IMG/VR virus record: IMGVR_UViG_3300042900_000549
Coordinates: 19,722-83,721 of that record
DNA length: 64,000 nt
From: a virus
Reading direction: 5' to 3' (one strand)
Shown: positions 57,253 to 64,000 of the stretch, piece by piece
Position numbering within the stretch: position 1 is the first letter of the stretch
Layout: each line of letters begins with the position of its first letter
Made by a program: the position numbers and the translations under genes
Notes under the pieces: generated by a model
What the model was told of the DNA's origin: nothing
The model's database searches: none
The model's input: only the letters and a program-made list of their open reading frames with translations

Positions 57253-57699
57253 TTAAAAAAGTTCGTTTTCTGTAATGACTTTGAACTTTATCATTCTATC
57301 TTCACACCACTCCACGATGGATTTCCATTTTGATTGATTAACGGCATAAGTATTCACTTCATTAATATAAGTTTTATTTTTCTTTTTTCCTTGTACTGGC
57401 GGTACTGTTTGTCTTTTTGGTTTTATTTCTATTACATACTTTTGTATTTTTCCATTATCTTCTAACATTTCTACAATAAAATCCGGAAAATATCTACATA
57501 CTTTTTCTTTTACTGGATTATAATATGGTATAGAAAATTCTTCAGACCCATATCTTAATATATTTGGAGACCTATCACACCACTGCATAAACTTAAGTTC
57601 CCAACTGCTGCGGTAGATTATATTTTGAACGTCTCCAATATATTTTTTTGGATTTCTTGGATTAAATCTACCCTGATGATATTTTGAATCACGAGGCAT
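57253..57699 (-). CDS. gp4: Head completion protein gp4
   Basis: P.NPKKY.GD..IIYRSSWE, YFPDF, EIKP, NQSKW. Confidence 0.92.
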   Translation of the reverse strand: MPRDSKYHQGRFNPRNPKKYIGDVQNIIYRSSWELKFMQWCDRSPNILRYGSEEFSIPYYNPVKEKVCRYFPDFIVEMLEDNGKIQKYVIEIKPKRQTVPPVQGKKKNKTYINEVNTYAVNQSKWKSIVEWCEDRMIKFKVITENELF

Positions 57700-58153
57700 T
57701 TTTCCATCCTTTATGTGATTTTCTTTTTCCAGAAAGAACAGAACCTAATTTTGATGGGTTTAAATTTAATTCTTTACTTATATGAGTTATGCAATCAAAT
57801 TCAACTATTTCCCCATCCTTAGAAATTATTTTTCCTCCTTTTTGTAGATGTGGATAAGTATGTCCTTTATTATGTGCAGGTTTTCCTCTTCTTTTTTCTA
57901 CAGATGCTTTAATTGCTTTACTCATATCCCTTCCACTTTTCGCTTCTCTCATCAATTCCAAAGTTTCTTCAGAATAGATTCCAATTTTTCCTTTATTCCA
58001 AGGAGTGTGATTTTTTTCAAATCCTCCAAGAGAATTGTTAATTTTTTCTACGGAATCAATATATTCTATTTTAATAATTTCACTACCATCAATATTAAAA
58101 ACATCACATAATGTTTTAGTATTCCAGTATTCTACTTTTTTTATATTTGACAT
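57689..58153 (-). CDS. NUMOD3/HTH DNA-binding protein derived from a homing endonuclease
   Basis: PWNKGK..SEETLELMREAK, PAHNKG, C-terminal HTH..HKGW; no nuclease motif. Confidence 0.65.
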   Translation of the reverse strand: MSNIKKVEYWNTKTLCDVFNIDGSEIIKIEYIDSVEKINNSLGGFEKNHTPWNKGKIGIYSEETLELMREAKSGRDMSKAIKASVEKRRGKPAHNKGHTYPHLQKGGKIISKDGEIVEFDCITHISKELNLNPSKLGSVLSGKRKSHKGWKNAS

Positions 58154-58160
58154 ATTGAAC

Positions 58161-58193
58161 TATAAATATATAATAAACTGTAGAATATTTATA
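58161..58193. promoter_or_regulatory. Overlapping divergent late promoters
   Basis: TATAAATA on + at 58161 and on - at 58186-58193. Confidence 0.65.
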
Positions 58194-58194
58194 G

Positions 58195-59076
58195 ATGGCT
58201 GCGCCTCGCCCAAGTAGAGTTAAATTAAGTGAAATAAAAACTAAGTTACTGAGACCAGCATTAACCTCTCATTATATTTGCGACTTTCAACCACCAGATT
58301 CTGCAAATGGTTTTTTATTAGCAAGAGTACTTAATACACCAACAAAAAGAGCAGATAGATTATCTCTCGCTTGTTCTGATGCGTCTCTTCCGGGATCTTC
58401 CTTACAGACTCACGATATTACTAATGATTTTACCGGAGTTACTGAAAAACACGCATATCGCCGCTTGTATGACGACAGAGCAGATTTTAGTTTTTATGTA
58501 GATGCTGAGGAATATTATGTAATTGATTTTTTTGAATCTTGGATTGGATATACTGTGAATGAACAATATGGAGAAAATGGGGTAAATATTGAAAGGAGAG
58601 CGTATAATTACCGTGTCAATTATTCAAAATATTATACTACTGATGCTCTTTCTATCACAAAGTTTGAAAGATCTTATGGTACTCAAGAAGCAAAAGGAAG
58701 TTCTTCGTTAAGATATAATTTTGTGAAAGCATTTCCGATTAGTATTAATTCTATGCCAGTATCTTATGATTCCTCACAGTTACTTAAATGTACGGTCTCA
58801 TTTACTTATAGTCGTTATTGGATTCAAGGATTAAATCTACGAGGAAAAACTGGCGAACCTGGTCAAACACCTGACACTGGAGTACCAAAATCTCAATTTG
58901 ATATAACTCCACAAAAACTGGCAGAAGTAAATTCAAACTTTGGATTTACTTCAAATGTAGCATTAAGTAAAGGTAATATTTCTCCTGGCACAGTATTTGA
59001 TACTCAATTGAGAACTGAATCTCTTTTGGATAGTAGTGCTTATGGATCTCGATTAAGAGATATACCTCTTTTTTAA
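58195..59076 (+). CDS. Tail tube-like baseplate protein (gp54/gp19 family)
   Basis: CSDASLPG, FYVD..FFESW, AFPISI..VSFTY. Confidence 0.75.
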   Translation: MAAPRPSRVKLSEIKTKLLRPALTSHYICDFQPPDSANGFLLARVLNTPTKRADRLSLACSDASLPGSSLQTHDITNDFTGVTEKHAYRRLYDDRADFSFYVDAEEYYVIDFFESWIGYTVNEQYGENGVNIERRAYNYRVNYSKYYTTDALSITKFERSYGTQEAKGSSSLRYNFVKAFPISINSMPVSYDSSQLLKCTVSFTYSRYWIQGLNLRGKTGEPGQTPDTGVPKSQFDITPQKLAEVNSNFGFTSNVALSKGNISPGTVFDTQLRTESLLDSSAYGSRLRDIPLF

Positions 59077-59127
59077 TTTAGCATAATCATTATAAATAAA
59101 GTAACTGAGTTTCTATATAAAGAAATT

Positions 59128-59844
59128 ATGCTTCCTAAAATTGCTACACCAACTTATGAACTTGAGTTGCCATCAACTGAGCAAACTATAAAGTTTAGAC
59201 CGTTTCTAGTGAAAGAAGAAAAACTTCTTGTAATTGCACTAGAATCGGAAGATACTAAACAGATTACAAATGCAATCAAAACAGTCATTAAGAATTGCAT
59301 TGAAACCAAAGGAATTAAAGTGGAAACACTTCCTACTTTTGATATTGAATATTTGTTTTTAAATATTCGTGCCAAGTCAGTTGGAGAAGAAATTGATGTA
59401 AATATCATTTGCCCTGATGATGAAGAAACTAGTGTTTCTGTTAAAATTAATGTAGATGATATTAAAGTTCAAACAAATGAAGATCATACAAATAAAATAA
59501 AACTTGATGATACTTTAATGATGGAAATGAAATATCCTTCATTGGAACAATTCATTAAGAATAACTTTGATATTTCAAATAATAGTGCAATTGACCAATC
59601 ATTTGAACTTGTTGCATCTTGTGTGAATAAAATCTATAATGAAGATGAGGTATGGGCAGCTGCTGATGTGACTAAGAAAGAACTTATGGATTTCTTGGAT
59701 CAAATGAATACTTCTCAATTTAAACAGATTGAAAAATTCTTTGAGACTATGCCTAAGTTATCTCATACTATTAAAGTAAAAAATCCAAATACTGAAGTTG
59801 AAAGTGAAGTTGTTCTTGAGGGTCTATCAAGTTTTTTCGCTTAG
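59128..59844 (+). CDS. gp26: Baseplate hub subunit gp26
   Basis: LPKIATPTY, RPFLVKEEKLL, FDIEYLFLNIRAKSVGE, LEGLSSFF; late promoter at 59091. Confidence 0.88.
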   Translation: MLPKIATPTYELELPSTEQTIKFRPFLVKEEKLLVIALESEDTKQITNAIKTVIKNCIETKGIKVETLPTFDIEYLFLNIRAKSVGEEIDVNIICPDDEETSVSVKINVDDIKVQTNEDHTNKIKLDDTLMMEMKYPSLEQFIKNNFDISNNSAIDQSFELVASCVNKIYNEDEVWAAADVTKKELMDFLDQMNTSQFKQIEKFFETMPKLSHTIKVKNPNTEVESEVVLEGLSSFFA

Positions 59845-59846
59845 GA

Positions 59847-60026
59847 ATGGTTCATATGGATCTTGAGAGTTATTTTAAATTGAATTTCTCATTGATGCAG
59901 TATCATAAATATTCATTAACAGAGATTGAAAATTTGATACCTTGGGAAAGAGATGTTTATGTGGAACTTCTCAAGCAACATATAGAGGAAGAAGAGTCCA
60001 AACAGAAACTACAAGGTAATGGATAG
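59847..60026 (+). CDS. gp51: Baseplate hub assembly protein gp51
   Basis: NFSLMQYHKYSLTEIENLIPWERDVYV; absent from the ORF track. Confidence 0.82.
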   Translation: MVHMDLESYFKLNFSLMQYHKYSLTEIENLIPWERDVYVELLKQHIEEEESKQKLQGNG

Positions 60027-62847
60027 TAATCCAGGAAAAACTTCTACAGAAAATATTAACGAAGTAATTCTTAGATTGCTGAGGTTAAAATCTGGAACGG
60101 AACTGGATTATCAGACTTATGCTAAAAAAATAAAAATTAAATTAGCATCTTCAAGAATGGTGGGAGCATTTATTCCTGCCGAAGAAGATATATTATTAAG
60201 AGAAGAGTTTAAGAGAGTTAGAAATAAAGAAGGTAGATTTGTAATATTAACGAGTAAAAAAACAAAAGTATCTTCACCTCCACCACCTTCAGGATCTAGT
60301 GGAGGTGGTGGATCTCCTCCAAAAACAGGATCAATTGTAAAAGCAAAATCCGGAAAAATAACTGCAGATAATTATTATTATCAAAATTATGTTGAACCAG
60401 TAAATGTAAAAGATGTAACTAAAAATGTTGCAAAAGTTTCTAAACAAACAGATCCATTAATAAGAATAAGTGACATTCTTGATTCAATATTAGAAACTTT
60501 AACTAATATTAATAATTTTGATAGAGAACAAGCAACCAGACAGAGAACAGATGCTGAAAATAGAAGAAGAGGTCAAAGAGAAACTGATTTAGAATCAAAA
60601 CCATTTGAGGGAATTAAAAAAGCATTATCTGCAATTACAAAACCATTCCAATCAATATGGGATAAAATTGTTAATTTTATTACTAATGTTATTCTTGGTA
60701 GAATAGTAATTAAGTTACTTGAATGGTTTGGTGATCCTAAAAATCAAGAAAAAATACAAAGTATTATAAGATTCTTAGGAGATCACTGGCCCACTCTCTT
60801 AGCATTATACTTAAGATTTGGAACTGGTATTGGTAGATTTGTTGGGAAATTAACTAGATCATTAGTAAAGGGATCATTTAAACTTGTTAAACTTGTTGCT
60901 GGACTTGCTGCAAAATTAGGATTAAAACGAGCAGGAAAAATAGCATCATTTCTTGGTGGACCAAGAGGAAAAGCAATAGCAACTGGTGTTGGAATTGCTG
61001 CTGATGTTGCTGTTACTGCTGGAACTGCATTTGGTGCAAGTAAACTATTTGGTGGAGAAGATAAGAAGCAAGAACCTGTTGCTCCAGAACCAGTTCAACA
61101 ATTCTCTGGTGGTGGTAGTGTAAAAATACCGAAGTTTGCTGGTGGGGGGTTTGCAAACTTTGGTAATATGTTTAAGGGAGCAGGAATGGGTTCAATGTTT
61201 GGACCTATGGGAATGCTTGCTGGTGCTGCATTGGGATCTGGTAAACCTCAAGAAATGTTTAGTGGTCTTGTTAAAGGCCCAGGTGGACCAAAAGATGATA
61301 AGATTCCTGCAAATCTTAGTAATGGTGAATTTGTTATGTCTGCCGGTGCCGTTAAGAAGTATGGTGTAGGTACTTTAGAATCAATGAATGCTGCTGGAGG
61401 TGGTACTAATATTCCAAAAATTGCAAATGGTATTGTTCATGCTGCTGGTGGTGGTTATGTTGGGATGGATGTTGAAAAAGGACATAAATTATGGATAGAA
61501 TACCTTAATAACAATCCAGATGCAACTTCTCGTGGAGGAAAACTTTATGATCGCATAGATCCCAAGACAAGAGAACCTATTAGTGATAATTATAAAAAAT
61601 ATCATAGACAATTTATGCGGGAGTATATGAAAAATGGAAAACCCCCAGAATGGGCGAATATTAAATCAAAAACTACTAGAGTGAGTTCTCCATCTCCAGG
61701 ATCCACACAGACACCACCAACATCTTCTAGACCACCTTCATCAACTTCAAGTGCAAGACCTCAACCTGGTGTGGGACTTTCTACAAATGCAAAACCACCA
61801 GTTCAAAAAATTAACACAAATATGAACGTCCCTGGTGGTCGTATTCGTGGAGGTTCTCTTTCTGCGATAATGATGGCCCTTGAAATGAAGCAAAGAAAAG
61901 ATGAGGGGCAAACAAATGTTCAAGCAGGATTAGGAGCAGGAGGTTCTGCCTTGGGTGGTCAACTTGGTTGGATGGCAGGAGCAAAAGCAGGTGCAGTTGC
62001 TGGAGCAGCACTTGGAACTATTGTTCCGGGAGTGGGAAATGGTGTCGGTGCTGCTGTTGGTGCAATCGTGGGTGGTCTTGCTGCTGGTTATGGTGGAGCA
62101 ATGTTGGGAGGAAAACTTGCTGATAATATTTCTGGAGTAAATGCGGTAAAGGAAAGAAATAGTCGTGGTGGAATTGGTGGTTCAGTTGTTGGTGGATATG
62201 GATTAAAGAAGCAGGAATTTAAAGATGCTCCTAAAACATCAATAATAACTGATGATAAGGGAAGACCTTCTATTGGACATAAAGCATTAAGAAATGGAAA
62301 ATTACATTATGTGAGGGGTCCTCAACCAGGAACTGGTACTAAAAATCCATTAGAAATGCTTGGTAGATTTATTAATCCAAGTGCTTATAAGGAAAATGAT
62401 GCAAAACTTGAGAGACAAAAGCATAAAGAAGCAATGGTAAATGCATTAGAGGGTTATCAAGCACAAAACATGGCCCCTGACGCTCAAGCAAGAATGATGA
62501 AACAAATGGGTGGAAATCTAAAAGATGTTCAAAATGATTTGAATTATAGAAACAAACCTAAACCCAAACCTAATTTAACTAGAAGACAAGAAGATATTGC
62601 AAAATATAAGGCATCAATGGGACCAAAATATTCTGCTGCAAATATATCTTCATCGCAACGACGAAGAACACCAAATATAACACCTTTACCAAGACCAAAA
62701 CCAAAACCAATAGTTGCTGGTGGTGGAAGTGGTGGAAGACGGGGAGGTGGATCAAGACCATCATCAGGTTCAAGAGTACCGTCTCATAGTGCAACACATA
62801 GTAGGGGAACTTCTCTTTCAGCAACTTCATTGGGGATTTGGGTATAA
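60019..62847 (+). CDS. Tail tape-measure or baseplate-hub-like protein
   Basis: Follows gp26/gp51; GPGGPKDDKIPANLSNGEFVM..AV motif; glycine-zipper segments. Confidence 0.65.
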   Translation: MDSNPGKTSTENINEVILRLLRLKSGTELDYQTYAKKIKIKLASSRMVGAFIPAEEDILLREEFKRVRNKEGRFVILTSKKTKVSSPPPPSGSSGGGGSPPKTGSIVKAKSGKITADNYYYQNYVEPVNVKDVTKNVAKVSKQTDPLIRISDILDSILETLTNINNFDREQATRQRTDAENRRRGQRETDLESKPFEGIKKALSAITKPFQSIWDKIVNFITNVILGRIVIKLLEWFGDPKNQEKIQSIIRFLGDHWPTLLALYLRFGTGIGRFVGKLTRSLVKGSFKLVKLVAGLAAKLGLKRAGKIASFLGGPRGKAIATGVGIAADVAVTAGTAFGASKLFGGEDKKQEPVAPEPVQQFSGGGSVKIPKFAGGGFANFGNMFKGAGMGSMFGPMGMLAGAALGSGKPQEMFSGLVKGPGGPKDDKIPANLSNGEFVMSAGAVKKYGVGTLESMNAAGGGTNIPKIANGIVHAAGGGYVGMDVEKGHKLWIEYLNNNPDATSRGGKLYDRIDPKTREPISDNYKKYHRQFMREYMKNGKPPEWANIKSKTTRVSSPSPGSTQTPPTSSRPPSSTSSARPQPGVGLSTNAKPPVQKINTNMNVPGGRIRGGSLSAIMMALEMKQRKDEGQTNVQAGLGAGGSALGGQLGWMAGAKAGAVAGAALGTIVPGVGNGVGAAVGAIVGGLAAGYGGAMLGGKLADNISGVNAVKERNSRGGIGGSVVGGYGLKKQEFKDAPKTSIITDDKGRPSIGHKALRNGKLHYVRGPQPGTGTKNPLEMLGRFINPSAYKENDAKLERQKHKEAMVNALEGYQAQNMAPDAQARMMKQMGGNLKDVQNDLNYRNKPKPKPNLTRRQEDIAKYKASMGPKYSAANISSSQRRRTPNITPLPRPKPKPIVAGGGSGGRRGGGSRPSSGSRVPSHSATHSRGTSLSATSLGIWV

Positions 62848-62853
62848 TAAGAA

Positions 62854-64000
62854 ATGGCAAACCTAGTACCGCACTCAAAATCATCTATAATTAAACCAAA
62901 ACAATCTGCAATCATCAAAGCAGATAAGTTTTTAAATGCGAAGACAAAATCAACAAAAGTAAATGAAAATTCAGTTAAACCAAAACAATCTGCAATCATC
63001 AAAGCAGATAAGTTTTTAAATGTAAATCCAAAATCAACAAAAGTAAACGAAAATTCAGTTAAACCAAAACAATCTGAAAATTCTTCTGAAGATATTATTT
63101 TACAAATAGAAAAAAAAGTTATAAAGATTGATAAACTTTTAAAGGATTCTTTTGCTCTTAAAAAGAAGCAACAAAAAAAATCAACAATCAAAGAAGAACA
63201 AAAAGAATTTGAAAATAGAGAAAAAGAATTAGAAAAGAAAAAACCAAAGAAAGAACCAGGAATAAATTTACCAACTCTCCCTAAAATGGGATTTATAGAT
63301 TGGATTAAGAACTTTGTTTTTAATACTATCTTGGGATTTCTTGCTGTTCGCTTAATAAAGTTCTTACCTACACTATTAAAAATCTACCCAGTTATTATAG
63401 GTGCTGGCGAATTTTTAATTAATGTTGGTGGCAACTTACTGAATAGTTTAGTATCTTTTGTTGATTGGGGATACAAGGCAGTTGATGCAACTAGTGGATT
63501 TATAAAAAGTATTGGTGGTGAGGGATTATCAAAGGTTTTTGATAATTTTACGGGTGCAGTTGATAATGTACTTGAATTTGCCGTGATGGCCGCTCTCTTA
63601 TCTTCGGGTGGTGATGATGAGAGTGGTGGTCTTGGTGGTAAAGGTGGAAAACGAGGATATGATTCTCAAGGAAGAAGAGTTGGTAAGAATGTACAACAAA
63701 GATATGAAAGAAGATTTGGAAAAGATAAATTTGTAGATAGATTTGGTACAAAAAATTTAAAAAATGTAGCACAAGGTGCTAGAAGAGGAGCATTTCAGCA
63801 AGGTACTCGTAATGCTTTTGTTGGTCTTGCTGGTAAAGGTGGAGCAAAATCTATTCTTAAATTTGTAAGACCGTTAACTAATAAATTACCTATTATTGGT
63901 GGATTATTAAATTTTGGACTTTCTGTTGCATTAGGTGAAGATCCTGGTAGAGCTGCTTTTAAGGCAATTGGTTCTACTCTTGTAGGTGCTCTAGGTGCCG
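62854..64000 (+). CDS. Second tape-measure-like tail protein, partial (runs off the window)
   Basis: ATG at 62854; no in-frame stop seen by eye; amphipathic and Gly/Ala-rich segments. Confidence 0.65.
   Translation, partial: MANLVPHSKSSIIKPKQSAIIKADKFLNAKTKSTKVNENSVKPKQSAIIKADKFLNVNPKSTKVNENSVKPKQSENSSEDIILQIEKKVIKIDKLLKDSFALKKKQQKKSTIKEEQKEFENREKELEKKKPKKEPGINLPTLPKMGFIDWIKNFVFNTILGFLAVRLIKFLPTLLKIYPVIIGAGEFLINVGGNLLNSLVSFVDWGYKAVDATSGFIKSIGGEGLSKVFDNFTGAVDNVLEFAVMAALLSSGGDDESGGLGGKGGKRGYDSQGRRVGKNVQQRYERRFGKDKFVDRFGTKNLKNVAQGARRGAFQQGTRNAFVGLAGKGGAKSILKFVRPLTNKLPIIGGLLNFGLSVALGEDPGRAAFKAIGSTLVGALGA
62891..63076 (+). repeat. 84-bp coding tandem repeat, about 2.2 copies
   Basis: TTAAACCAAAACAATCTG at 62891, 62975 and 63059. 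Confidence 0.9.

Noticed and set aside
1-64000. Stop-codon reassignment
   Set aside because: Core genes are full length in the standard code, use TAA, TAG and TGA stops, and no suppressor tRNA is present.

Overview
This is a 64 kb segment of an AT-rich T4-like cyanomyovirus genome, probably from a freshwater Synechococcus/Cyanobium-type phage. In order it carries: (1) a replication block (regA, hsp20, gp43, uvsX, gp41, mazG, gp61, nrdA, nrdB); (2) probable internal-head proteins; (3) a cluster of 7 tRNAs interspersed with unexplained structured RNAs, followed by a wcaG-type RNA; (4) an 11-gene glycan-modification island; (5) a porin, a GIY-YIG endonuclease, pstS and two hli genes; (6) a C39 peptidase and a lysozyme; (7) psbA with a PhotoRC-II-like leader, split by a 240-nt group I intron and followed by a free-standing GIY-YIG/NUMOD3 endonuclease; (8) an accessory island with an ATPase-only terminase paralog between duplicated promoters; (9) nrdC, speD, thyX, phoH, an exonuclease, gp33, gp59 and gp32; (10) baseplate and tail genes (gp53, gp48, gp4, gp26, gp51, tape-measure-like). 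The best leads are a putative antisense sRNA aimed at a homing-endonuclease 5' UTR, a promoter-proximal tRNA-like cloverleaf and other ncRNAs, the stand-alone terminase ATPase, a candidate -1 frameshift joining gp26 to gp51, and a ROSE-like thermometer before hsp20. All calls come from reading the sequence and recalling protein and RNA families. No searches or folding programs were run.
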